A stretch of 64,000 nucleotides of DNA from Alphaproteobacteria bacterium (GCA_964291265.2 OZ219747.1:832001-896000), one strand, 5' to 3'. Shown: positions 30,096 to 40,626, counted from the stretch's first letter. A program made the numbers and translations. The notes: generated by a model from the letters alone, not told the origin.

Positions 30096-30485
30096 TGATC
30101 TCTCCCTTCGCGGCGCCGGAAACCGCGGCCGGGTGGGGTGCGGAGAACCTTCCCTGTCGTGGCCCCGAATGTCCCGGAACGGCCGCGACGAACGCACGGA
30201 CAAACTATCCGCCTGCCTGTCCATGAGCAAGGGCCGGATATGACCGGGGAGAACATGACTCCGGAGCCGTTTAGCTGGACGCCCATGCCGCGGAACGGTG
30301 CCGGAGGCCGGAAGGCATCTTGAGCTGTGAGCCGTTCGGCCCTGTCGCCACGGGCCGGAAAGGGCCGAAGACCGAACCGGTTCCTGCCAACCGGCACCCG
30401 ACGCCCGGCGAGTGATGGTGACAAGAGAAGATGCCCGGACCCGAACGCCCTCAGGAACGATCCATGATCAGCGGGGGGGGGGGTG

Positions 30486-32837
30486 CTTTCAACCACCTAC
30501 GCGTGTATAGGGATCTTACTCCCGCCTTCTCTCACCGAGTGCTTCGCGCCGTCTTCTCTCGCTAAGTGCGTCACGCACCTGGATCGCCCAGTTCAGCCTT
30601 TCGAGACCCTGCCAGACCTTCTTCGCTCCCGGGAACGGCTGGCGCGGCGTGGGATGCGACCCGACAAGGCGCCCAAGGCCGATGACGACGGCACGGACAT
30701 CGCCCATCGCCCGGACCTCCCGGTGACCCTGGGATTCCAGCAGCGTGCGGAGCAGGTCGATGTCCTCACTCCTCGGCAAATACCTCGCTCGCCGGGGTCA
30801 AGGGACGCTCGCGCGCAAGCACGGTCAGGTCGGCAACATGGACGGCGGTGACGGCGTCGAAGGCAAGGCACGTCTTCAGGTCGTCGGCCCTGTCGAGCCG
30901 GCGGTCCTTGATCCGGGTCCCGGTCTTCAGCGTGCGGAACCAGGTCTCGATGCTCCATCGCGTCCGGTACCAGCCCAGAACGGTCGCCGCGTGCACGGCC
31001 TCGGCCTCCCCTGGTGCCGGGCGCTCGGTGGTCAGCAGCAGCCAGTGCAGGGCCTCGTCGCCGTCACCGGTTCCGGCCTCCCTGGCCGAGACCGCGAACA
31101 TGGACACAGGCTCCGCGTCGCGCTCCTTTTGCGGCGGCGCCACCGCGACCTGTGCCGTGCGGGTCTCGAGACGGGCGACGCGCTCCTTGCGGGCGCGCGG
31201 GCCGCCAGCGGCCGGGATCGTCAGCTCCGTCACCGCCACCAGCGGCCGGGCCGCGACATGCTTCCACAGGCACGTCTTTTTGCCGTCGGGCTCACCCACG
31301 CGCTGTTTCGCCGAACGGCTCGCACGCACCAGCAGCGCGGCTCCGGCGTCCGCGGCATGGGCGAGCAGTTCCCAGAAGTCGCCCTCGCGGTCGCAGACCG
31401 AGACGACACGCGTGTCCGGGCAGGCCGCCGCGAGCTCCCGGGCCCGCTCAAGCCCGGTGACCCAGCGCTGACTGTCCTCCCCGGGCTCCTGCCGAAAGGC
31501 CGCATCCATCGTGAACAGGCCCAGCGGCCGGCCCTCCGACGTCACCGCCAGACCGGCGTGGGCGAGGATGCCGACGCTCCCCTTGCCGCCGCCGCCGAGC
31601 TTGTCCAGACCCTTCGTGGCCTCCAGGCCGCTGTAGTTGATCGCCGTCGTGTCCTGTATCGCAAGGACAAGAGGCTCTGTCCGACAACGCTCCACGGTCG
31701 CCTCAACATGCGCTTCCAGAACGTGCTCCATGGAGACCCTCGGGTTCGACAGCAACCGATAAGCGGCCTTCTGCTCCGCCTTCTCGGGAAAGATGATCGG
31801 CAGGTCCTCCCCCATGTTCTTCATCCAGGCCCGGCCCATGTCAACGATGCGTCGCCGCACCCGACCGTCGGTATGGCGCGTGCGCCCGTACTCCCGCTCC
31901 GCCCAGTCCGCGTCAGTGCCGTCATAGACGCCCGCGAGGGCGCCGAGTGGACGGCGCTGTGTCCCGTGGAGCACCGTCCGCCAGCCGCTCTCCAGGGCCA
32001 GGACCCGCACCGTGCCAACCTCGCCGCGGCGCCCGCTGGTCCGCCCGGCCACGGTCCAGCCGGCGCAGTGGTAGCAATAGCCGCTGTGCTCCGCACCGAC
32101 ATGAGTGTAGGCCGCCACCGGGCGCACCGCATAGCGGGCCTCCCAGTCGTCGGCGATGCGCTCCGCCGCCATGCGCAGGACCCTCAGACGCCAGTCCGTA
32201 GACCCGAACGCCGGGAAGCAGGAGAAACCGATGACCGCAGATCACACGCTCGATGTTGGCGGCACGGGCGTCGGCGGACCATGCGATCCACTCATCCCGC
32301 GCCCGCAGCTGCCAGGTCGCGGACCCGAAGCCGATCCCGCCGAGGGTGCCGTGGCGCTGCGAGCGGATCCAGTAGCGCACCTGGCCGCCGGGCGAGCGCG
32401 TCCATCCCAGTGGGTGGTGCGTCGCCATCATCGCCTCCCAGAGACGGCGATCGTCGGCCTCACCCACCGGTTCGAGCGAGACCGGGCCGAGATCCTCCAG
32501 CAGGCAGACCAGCTTGGTGTCGGGGACGTCACCGGCCGGGACGGCGGGCACGACGGTCGGATCGGGCACGCTCCGCGGCGGCGGAAGCTCGAACCCCACG
32601 CGCTCGGCGAGCGCCGGCAGCACCTTCGCCGCCGCCGACAGGCACGGACGGCCGAGCGCGTTGCGCCAACCGGTGCGCTCGCAAAGCTCGCGTGCCAGAC
32701 CGTGACGGGTGGCGTCGGCGGAGCGCAACGCGCGTCCAAACCAGTCAAGCGTCTGCGAATCGAAATGGCGGAGACCAACCTGCATGCCCGCAGCATGCAC
32801 GAAACGAATCACCTATACAAGTCTGATACTTTGAAAG
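30486..32837 (-). mobile_element. IS4-family element with DUF4338 fused to a Tn5-like transposase
   Basis: Ends CTTTCAA-N11-TGTATAG, inverted at both termini; 9-bp TSD GGGGGGGTG at 30477-30485 and 32838-32846. Confidence 0.9.
30516..32812 (-). pseudogene. DUF4338-IS4 transposase with two frameshifts (about 32182 and about 30769)
   Basis: MMATHHPLG...RARDEWIAW...RFLLLPGVRV (DUF4338); DWAEREYG, LAIQDTT, VCDREGDF, YRTRWSIETWFRTLK (IS4 DDE and YREK). Confidence 0.85.
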
Positions 32838-32870
32838 GGGGGGGTGAGCAGTTACCGCTTACCATTGTGG

Positions 32871-34022
32871 GGTAAGCGCCGGGCGGGCAAGACGACGCTC
32901 GTCAAGAGCATGGGGGAAGCCGGCCGCACCTATGTCACGCTCGACGATCAGACAGTACTTGAGGCGGCCAGGTCCGATCCAGCCGGATTCATCCGGGGCC
33001 TGGACCGGGCCATCATCGACGAGATTCAGCGCGCGCCCGACCTGCTCCTGGCGATCAAGAAGACGGTCGACGAAGACTATCGCCCGGGCCGTTTTCTCCT
33101 CATGGGCTCGGCCAATGTGATGACCCTGCCACGGATCGCCGACAGTCTGGCCGGCCGGATGGAAACACTCCAGATGCTGCCGCTCGCGCGGGCCGAGGTC
33201 GAAGGAGGGACGCCTGGTTTTCTGGAGCGCCTGTTCGAAGGGAACCTGCACAATCAGCGCCAAGCGGTCGTCGGTGACGATCTCGTCCGGACCGTTCTGC
33301 TCGGCGGGTTTCCCGAAGCAATCGCCCGTGAAAGCGAGCGGCGGCGGCAGGATTGGGCACGATCCTACCTCACCTCGATTCTCACGCGCGACCTCAGGGA
33401 CGTCGCGGAGGTCGAGAAGCTCACCGAGCTTCCAAGATTCGTGCGGCTGCTGGCCGAGTATTCCGGCCAGCTGGTCAACTATTCGCAATTCGGGGCGAGC
33501 ATCAATGTCAGCCACAAGACGGGGCAGCGTTATGTCGGGCTGCTTGAACAGGTCTTTCTGATCGCAACGCTGCTGCCCTGGTTCACCAACGCCCTGAAAC
33601 GTATCGTCAAGACGCCGAAGCTGCACTTCCTCGATTCCGGCCTGCTGGCGAGCGCGCGCGGCCTGACCTTCGACAGGGTGAAGGCGGATCGCGGAACATT
33701 CGGGGCGCTGCTCGGGAGTTTCGTGTTTTCGGAAGTGCTCAAGCTGATGACGTCCTCGGATCTGCGATTGACGCCGCATCATTTCCGCGACCGGGACATG
33801 CGCGAGGTCGACATCGTTCTGGAACGCGACGACGGGATGATCGCGGGCATCGAGGTCAAGGCAGGCGCCACGGTCAGGTCCGGCGACTTCGCCGGACTCC
33901 AGGCGCTGGCAGAGCCGAGCGGCGATCGCTTCGCCTTCGGTGCTGTCCTCTATGACAATACGGATGTCGTGCCGTTTGGCGACCGGCTGGTGGCGGCGCC
34001 AGTGTCGTGTCTGTGGAATTGA
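32871..34022 (+). pseudogene. Main body of the interrupted AAA_14/DUF4143 ATPase gene
   Basis: RRAGKTT, IIDEIQRAP, GSAN, SLAGR, GGFPE, KTPKLHFLDSGL, REVDIVLE, IEVK. Confidence 0.88.
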
Positions 34023-34149
34023 GCGGATGTATCGGCCTGAAAGCAACGGCAACTTCCGCATTGAGCGCGAAACCGAGCATTGGTGCGACCGCCCTCTGAT
34101 TGATCTTGAGACGCGCGTGGTCATATCGTTGTGACAAGAGGCGGTGATC

Positions 34150-34509
34150 CCGATCACCATCAGGGTTCCAGGAGCAGCGGTGATACGACAGGGGAGATCG
34201 TCGCGCGGGCCTTGAGACGCTTCCTTTCGGGCATGGAGGTGCTTCGCAAACGATGGCATCACGACATACGGGAGGTCGGCAGGTGGCTCGGGCGGGTCTG
34301 TCAAGGCTGGCTCAACGACATCGCCGTCCAAGGGATCGGCCCGCTCCCTGCGCCACCGTTTCGACTGGAGGCGAAGGGAGCGCATGACCGAGCTCCCCTG
34401 GCCGGGCCAGCGGGTCACCGTCAAGCATCCGATGCAGGAACCGGATGGATGAGCCTCCAGGTCCGGATCTGTGCGGGGGGTGCGCGGCAATGCGCAGTCC
34501 TGCCGCGAC
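34150..34509 (+). ncRNA. Group II intron 3' remnant (degraded maturase domain, DV, DVI)
   Basis: LRKRWHHDIREVGRWLGRVCQGWLN is maturase-like; GTCCGGATCTGTGCGGGGGGTGCGCGGCAATGCGCAGTCCTGCCGCGAC closely matches 26125-26173. Confidence 0.8.
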
Positions 34510-34660
34510 GGAAGGCATCAGGCTCCTGTCCCAGGCTGTCATCGCCATCCGGACCATGCAGGACCGGGACGGGAACCAGTCGCATTGAGAAGAAGACACG
34601 GACTTGAGTGTGCTGCATTGACAGCCCCCCGGACACCGGTCCAGGAGTGAGGGAGATCTG

Positions 34661-36703
34661 GTGTTGAACGCCTTCCCTGACCTGTTGTCACCCATCACGA
34701 TTCGCGCGCACACCTTCCGCAATCGCGTGTTCTCGAGCGCCCATGCACCGGGGTACGCGGTGGACGGGCTGCCGGGAGAGCGCTACCAGGCCTATCACGA
34801 GGCCAAGGCCAGGGGTGGTATCGGTCTCACCATGTTCGGTGGATCGTCGAACGTCTCGCGTGACTCGGGTTCCATCTACGGGCAGATCTATGTCGGCGAC
34901 GACAGGGTGATCCCGGCGTTTCGGGAGCTCTCTCGCCGCGTTCACCGTCATGGTGCCGGCCTGATGTGCCAGATCACTCACATGGGCCGCCGCACCACCT
35001 GGGATTCAGGTGACTGGTTGCCGACCAGGGGGCCTTCGGCATTCCGTGACCCGGCCCACCATTCCGTTCCCTATGCCCTTTCACCACATGAAATCGCGCG
35101 CATCGTCCGGGATTTCGGCGATGCGGCGCGGCGTTGCAGGGACGGAGGACTCGACGGGATCGAGATCCTGGCGTCGACTCACCTCGTGGGCCAGTTCCTG
35201 TCGCCGCTCTCCAACGGTCGCCAGGACGCCTACGGGGGCGACCTTTCCAACCGGGCGCGTTTCCTCTTCGAGGTCCTCGAAGCCTGCCGCGTGTCGGCGG
35301 GAGATGACATTCTCGTCAGCGTCAGAATCAATGCCGACGAGAGCAACGAGAACGGGCTCACGGCCGAGGAAGGGATCGAGACCGCACGCATGATCGGCCG
35401 CCACGGTGTCGCCGATATCGTCAACGTCAACGGAGCCTACGGCGGGACGGAGATGGGCCTGACGGAAACCATGCCGGGCATGGCCTGGCCGGTTGCCCCC
35501 TACATCGAACTGGCAGGCAGGGTGCGCGAGGCCAGCGGTCTTGTGACACTGCAGGCGGCACGACTCCCGGACCCGGCGACTGCCGACTGGGCCATCTCCG
35601 AGGGGTATGTCGACATGGCCGGCATGACGCGCCCGCACATGGCGGATCCGGACATCGTCAACAAGCTCGTGAGAGGTGAGGGGGAGCGCATTCGCCCCTG
35701 CGTCGGTGCGGGATACTGTCTCGACAGGATCTACGGCGGCCGGGACGCACTGTGTCAGCACAACGTTTCCACTGGCCGCGAGTCCTGGCTCGATCCCGGA
35801 ATCGAAAGGGCTGACGCACCCGGTCGGGCCGTGGTGGTGGGCGGTGGCCCCGCCGGCCTGGAAGCGGCTCGCGTACTGGCCCTTCGCGGTCATGCCGTCA
35901 CGCTCTTCGAAGCGGCCACGCGGCCTGGCGGACAGATCCTTCTTGCCGCGGCTGCAGGGTGGCGTCGGGACTTGATCGGCATCGTCGACTGGCTCGTCGC
36001 GGAGATCGGCCATGCCGGCGTCGACGTGCGCACCGGCACGTTCGTCGAAGGCGATGACGTCCTCTGCCACAATCCCGATATCGTGATCGTGGCCTCGGGA
36101 AGTGTGCCCGAGACCGACCTTGCGGAAGGCGGTGGCGAGCATGTCATGACGGTCCGGGATGCCCTCGAGGGAAGGCGGCGGCTCACGGGCCACATCGTCA
36201 TCGCCGATGCCACGGGCGGTCATGCCGCTCTTTCACTTGCCGGAACCCTTGCCGGATCGGCGGAATGCCTCACTTTCGTGACCTCGGACCGCCATGCCGG
36301 AAGGGCGCTCGGCGTTCAGAATGTGCCGGTCTACCTCAGCAACCTTGCCTCGGCCGGCGCCGTCATCCTCACCGACAGGTCGCTCGTCGGCGTCCGCCGC
36401 CAGGGCAATCGCGTCATGGCCCGTCTGCGTCACGCCTATACGCGCCAGGTCGAGGAGGTGGCGGGAGACCTAGTGATCGCCGATTCCGGAGTGCGCTCTG
36501 TCAGTGAGGTGTTCGATGACCTGCGGGACCGGTCATCCAATCTTGGTGAAGTCGATCACGAGGCCCTGGCCACCATCGCGCCGCAGGAATTGACGCTGAG
36601 TCCCGAAGGCAGGTTCCGCCTTTTCAGGGTCGGTGATGCCCTGGCGCCACGAGACATTCACGCCGCCCTGCTCGATGCCAACAGGCTGTGCCGGGTTCTG
36701 TGA
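34661..36703 (+). CDS. NADH:flavin oxidoreductase (old yellow enzyme + Fe-S/FAD), N-methylproline demethylase/DgcA-like
   Basis: KARGGIGL, QITHMGRR, SNGRQDAYGG, RPCVGAGYCLD, VVGGGPAGLEAAR. Confidence 0.88.
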   Translation: MLNAFPDLLSPITIRAHTFRNRVFSSAHAPGYAVDGLPGERYQAYHEAKARGGIGLTMFGGSSNVSRDSGSIYGQIYVGDDRVIPAFRELSRRVHRHGAGLMCQITHMGRRTTWDSGDWLPTRGPSAFRDPAHHSVPYALSPHEIARIVRDFGDAARRCRDGGLDGIEILASTHLVGQFLSPLSNGRQDAYGGDLSNRARFLFEVLEACRVSAGDDILVSVRINADESNENGLTAEEGIETARMIGRHGVADIVNVNGAYGGTEMGLTETMPGMAWPVAPYIELAGRVREASGLVTLQAARLPDPATADWAISEGYVDMAGMTRPHMADPDIVNKLVRGEGERIRPCVGAGYCLDRIYGGRDALCQHNVSTGRESWLDPGIERADAPGRAVVVGGGPAGLEAARVLALRGHAVTLFEAATRPGGQILLAAAAGWRRDLIGIVDWLVAEIGHAGVDVRTGTFVEGDDVLCHNPDIVIVASGSVPETDLAEGGGEHVMTVRDALEGRRRLTGHIVIADATGGHAALSLAGTLAGSAECLTFVTSDRHAGRALGVQNVPVYLSNLASAGAVILTDRSLVGVRRQGNRVMARLRHAYTRQVEEVAGDLVIADSGVRSVSEVFDDLRDRSSNLGEVDHEALATIAPQELTLSPEGRFRLFRVGDALAPRDIHAALLDANRLCRVL

Positions 36704-36708
36704 CGCCG

Positions 36709-38328
36709 TCAGTTGCCGCCCAGTTGGTCAAGATGGGCGATCAAACCGCGCGAGGAACTGTCGAGTTCCTCCGTTCCTGCCCCGTCCTGCAACATGGGCA
36801 GGACTTGCTGCGCCAGGTCCTTGGCGAACTCCACGCCCCACTGATCGAAGGGGTTGAGGTTCCAGATGGCGCCCTCGACGAACACCTTGTGTTCGAACAG
36901 GGCCACCAGGCGTCCAAGGGTCATCGCGTCGAGCCGACGATAGAGAATGGTCGTGGACGGGCGGTCTCCGGGAAGGGTGCGGTGGGGAACCAGACTGCGG
37001 ATGTCGTCTTCGGACGCCCCTGATGTCGCCATGGCCGCCTTGACGTCGGCCGCGGTTCTGCCGAAGGCAAGTGCCGCCGCCTGGGCAACGGCGTTGGCTG
37101 CCAGGATGGCATGATGGTCTTCCGGGGCTTCGTGGGGCCGGGCGGCAAGGAGAAAGTCGACGGGAACCGTGTCCGTGCCCTGGTGGAGCAGTTGGAAGAA
37201 GGAATGCTGGCTCGCCGTTCCGCATCCGCCCCAGACGACCGGCGCGCTCGGTCTCGCCAGAAGTGAGCCGTCGCGTCCCACTCCCTTGCCGTTGGATTCC
37301 ATTTCCAGTTGCTGGATGTAAGCGGGAAACAAGCGCAGACGCTGGTCATAGGGAATGAGGGCCCTTGTAGGCCAGCACATGGCATTGCGCCGCCAGATGC
37401 CGATGACAGCAAGGATGACCGGGAGATTTCCTTCAAGCGGCGCCGTGCGGAAATGTCGGTCCATCATGCGCCCGCCCTCGAGGAAGGAGCGGAATCTGTC
37501 GTCGCCGACAGCAATCGCCAGGGGGAGACCGATGGATGACCACAGGGAGTAACGTCCGCCGACCCAGTCACCGAAGCCGAAGATCCGTTCATCGTCGATT
37601 GCGACATCACGCGCCGCCGCCGGATGGCTTGTGACCGCGGCCATGTGTTGTCCGGCGGTATCGCCGAGCCAGGCGCGTGCGCTGCGGGCATTGGTCATCG
37701 TCTCGAGGGTGTCGAAGGTCTTGGAGGCGACGATGACGAGGGTCTTGCGGGGATCGAGTGGTTTCAGCGTGTCCGCGATGTCTGCGCCGTCGACATTGGA
37801 GACGAAATGGAGTCGTGGTCCGTCGTGGAAGGAGGCGAGCGCCCGTGTTGCCATCGCCGGCCCGAGGTGTGAGCCGCCGATGCCGATGTTGACGACATCG
37901 CTGAAGGGTTCGCCTGACGCGCTCGCGACACGTCCGTGCCGAAGGTCCCCGGCGAAGCCCAACATGCGTTCCCGCATCCGCAAGACCTCTGCCATGATGT
38001 TCCCGGCGGCCGTTCCGATGTCGTCATCACCGTCGCCTCTCAGTGCCACGTGGAGTGCGGCGCGGTGTTCCGTGACATTGACCTCCTCTCCCCGGAACAT
38101 TTCCTCGCGCCTGGCTTCGACACCGGCGGCCCGCGCCAGGGCAAGGAGGCTGGCCATGGCCCGGGGATCGAGTTTTTCCTTGGAGTGGTCGACCAGGATG
38201 TCGTCAAGGCGGACCGACAGGCGGTCGAACCGGTTGGGATCGATGGCGAAGAGCTGACGAAGGTGAAGCGGCTTCAGCCGCGCAGCCTCGCGATGCACGT
38301 CATTCCAGCATCTGCTGATGTCGGTCAT
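36709..38328 (-). CDS. pgi: Glucose-6-phosphate isomerase
   Basis: NIGIGGSHLGP, SKTFDTLET, WVGGRYSLWS, QQLEMESNGK, FDQWGVE. Confidence 0.96.
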   Translation of the reverse strand: MTDISRCWNDVHREAARLKPLHLRQLFAIDPNRFDRLSVRLDDILVDHSKEKLDPRAMASLLALARAAGVEARREEMFRGEEVNVTEHRAALHVALRGDGDDDIGTAAGNIMAEVLRMRERMLGFAGDLRHGRVASASGEPFSDVVNIGIGGSHLGPAMATRALASFHDGPRLHFVSNVDGADIADTLKPLDPRKTLVIVASKTFDTLETMTNARSARAWLGDTAGQHMAAVTSHPAAARDVAIDDERIFGFGDWVGGRYSLWSSIGLPLAIAVGDDRFRSFLEGGRMMDRHFRTAPLEGNLPVILAVIGIWRRNAMCWPTRALIPYDQRLRLFPAYIQQLEMESNGKGVGRDGSLLARPSAPVVWGGCGTASQHSFFQLLHQGTDTVPVDFLLAARPHEAPEDHHAILAANAVAQAAALAFGRTAADVKAAMATSGASEDDIRSLVPHRTLPGDRPSTTILYRRLDAMTLGRLVALFEHKVFVEGAIWNLNPFDQWGVEFAKDLAQQVLPMLQDGAGTEELDSSSRGLIAHLDQLGGN

Positions 38329-38426
38329 GATGCTCTCTCGGTCACGTGGCGGGAGTGTATCGTGTCACGCCTGCAAGCGGCGAGGGCTCGGCATGTTCCA
38401 TTGGTGCGGGAGGCGATGAGGAGGGG

Positions 38427-40070
38427 ATGAGGCGCCGTTCACGTGTTCTGACTGTTGCCACACGGCCGATTGACGGACAGGAACCGGGCACGTCGGGTCT
38501 GCGGAAGACAACCCGGACGTTCATGCAGCCGGGCTACCTCGAGAACTTCGTCCAGTCCGTCTTCGACACCCTCGGCGGTGTGGCCGGCAAGACCCTGGTA
38601 CTGGGTGGAGACGGCCGCCACTTCACTGTCGAGGCTGCCCGGACCATCCTTTCCATGGCGGCGGCCAACGGCGCCGCCCGCATGGTGACGGGAAGGGAGG
38701 GGCTGCTGTCGACGCCCGCCGCATCGTGTCTCATACGCCGGCATGGCGCCGCCGCCGGACTCCTGCTCACCGCGAGTCACAATCCCGGTGGTCCGGATGG
38801 CGATTTCGGTATCAAGATCAACATGGCGAACGGCGGTCCGGCGCCTGTCGACCTGACGGCCCGGGTTCACGAACGCACGAAGACGATCGAGGCCTATCGC
38901 ATGACCAGGCACGCTGACATCAATCTCGGGCAGCCGGGAACGGACATGCTCGCCGACATGGCCGTGGAGGTGGTTGATCCGGTCGAGGACTACCGGGATC
39001 TGATGACGGGATTGTTCGATTTCGATGCCATCCGCTCCCTCTTCGAGAGCGGCTTCCGGATCCGGGTTGATGCCCTGAACGCGGTGACCGGCCCCTATGC
39101 CTGCCGGCTTCTCGAGGACGACCTGGGTGCGCCCAGGGGGAGCGTGGTGAATGCAGTGCCCCTGGCGGACTTCGGCGGTCTTCGTCCCGACCCCAATCCA
39201 CGGACCTGCCGCGCCCTCGTGGCCCACATGATGTCGTTGCAGGCGCCCGACCTTGCTGCGGCCGCGGACGGCGACGGTGACAGGGCCATGATTCTTGGTC
39301 GTGGCGTACGCGTGTCGTCAGGCGACAGTCTCGCCGTCCTCGCCGCCCATGCCGATCTCGTGCCGGGATACAGGGGAGGACTCTCCGGGGTCGCCCGTTC
39401 CATGCCGACGAGTCGGGCCGTGGACCGGGTAGCGGCATCCCTTGGTATCGACTGTCACGAGACCCCGACCGGCTGGAAGTTCTTCGGCACACTGCTTGAT
39501 GCTGGCAAGGTGACGATATGCGGTGAGGAGAGTGCGGGAACCGGCTCTTCCCACATCCGCGAAAAGGACGGTCTGTGGGCTGTCCTCTTCTGGCTCAACA
39601 TCATCGCCGCCCGCCGCCTTTCCGTCGCCGAGATCCTGCAGGATCACTGGCATCGTTTCGGGCGACACTACCATTCCCGCCATGACTGGGAAGATCTGCC
39701 GCCAGACATGGCTGGTGACCTCGTGGAATCCCTGCGTTCACGTCTCCCCCGCCTTCCCGGAAGCGTTGTGGCCGGACTGACGGTGACGGCAGCCGACGAG
39801 TTCCATCACACGGATCCAATCGATGGCTCGACAGCCAGGAACCAGGGATTGCGGATTGCCTTCGAGGGTGGGATGCGGGTCGTCTTCCGTCTCTCGGGAA
39901 CCTCCACGGGGCGTGCGATCCTCAGGGTCTATCTTGAGCGGTACGAGGCGGATGAGTCACGTCTTGATCTCGATTGCGAGGAAGCACTGGCGTCGCTCGC
40001 CGCCGCGGGCGATGCCATTGCCGGCATCAGGGCTCGAACCGGACGCAGGCAACCGGACGTGCGCACCTGA
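38427..40070 (+). CDS. pgm: Phosphoglucomutase
   Basis: PGTSGLRK, TASHNPGG, DGDGDR, CGEESAG, FRLSGT. Confidence 0.94.
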   Translation: MRRRSRVLTVATRPIDGQEPGTSGLRKTTRTFMQPGYLENFVQSVFDTLGGVAGKTLVLGGDGRHFTVEAARTILSMAAANGAARMVTGREGLLSTPAASCLIRRHGAAAGLLLTASHNPGGPDGDFGIKINMANGGPAPVDLTARVHERTKTIEAYRMTRHADINLGQPGTDMLADMAVEVVDPVEDYRDLMTGLFDFDAIRSLFESGFRIRVDALNAVTGPYACRLLEDDLGAPRGSVVNAVPLADFGGLRPDPNPRTCRALVAHMMSLQAPDLAAAADGDGDRAMILGRGVRVSSGDSLAVLAAHADLVPGYRGGLSGVARSMPTSRAVDRVAASLGIDCHETPTGWKFFGTLLDAGKVTICGEESAGTGSSHIREKDGLWAVLFWLNIIAARRLSVAEILQDHWHRFGRHYHSRHDWEDLPPDMAGDLVESLRSRLPRLPGSVVAGLTVTAADEFHHTDPIDGSTARNQGLRIAFEGGMRVVFRLSGTSTGRAILRVYLERYEADESRLDLDCEEALASLAAAGDAIAGIRARTGRRQPDVRT

Positions 40071-40385
40071 TTCCACGACACATGCCGGACGGGAGGCTCG
40101 ATCCGCCCGGCGACAGCCGTGTCTGACGACATGGGTCGCTGGCGGTGACCGCGGCCGCGGAGGTTCCCGCAGAGGTCGTTCAGGTTCAAGGGCCTGACGC
40201 TGATGGTTCCGGATCCGGCGCAGTGCGAGATCTGGCACGGACAGCGCCGTGTCTCATGCTGCCTTCCCCAGGACAACGTCTGAGGGCCCTCATCGAACGG
40301 TCAGCACCGCTTGAGGGACAGGGGTTGGAGCCAGGTTCTCGGGCGCTGAGCAGGGGACCGGGGCAACCCGGTTCCCTAACGCGAT

Positions 40386-40441
40386 GCGAGACCCGGGACA
40401 TGTGCGTGGTTGTCACCGTCACCGTTTGACCGAACGCTTGC
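40386..40441. mobile_element. Half MITE (copy 3)
   Basis: GCGAGACCCGGGACATGTGCGTGGTTG...TGACCGAACGCTTGC matches the right half of copy 2. Confidence 0.7.
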
Positions 40442-40626
40442 GGTCCAGCGTTCCCGGCAGCGACACACTCGATTCTCTCGAACGTCAGGACATTCAAAGC
40501 GATGCGTCCCGGTGACTGGAGCTTCGGGGGAGAGGGCAGACGGTCCCGCATCGACTCCGGCGCAAGTTCCGGAGGAGTCCCGGCCAGCCATTGATCCGGA
40601 GGACGTCGTTGCGCTCGGCCGCAGCG

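Larger units (their letters stand above)
28127..32855. mobile_element. Non-autonomous passenger-gene cassette with IS66-type ends (about 2.37 kb once the internal IS4 is removed)
   Basis: Terminal IR GTAACTGCTCACCC / GGGTGAGCAGTTAC; 8-bp TSD CGCTTACC at 28119-28126 and 32856-32863; about 170-bp imperfect inverted arms at 28127-28296 and 30338-30485. Confidence 0.85.

Noticed and set aside
30760-32190. Programmed frameshifting in the IS4 transposase
   Set aside because: Both breaks look like single-base insertions without slippery A-runs; decay or sequencing error is more likely.
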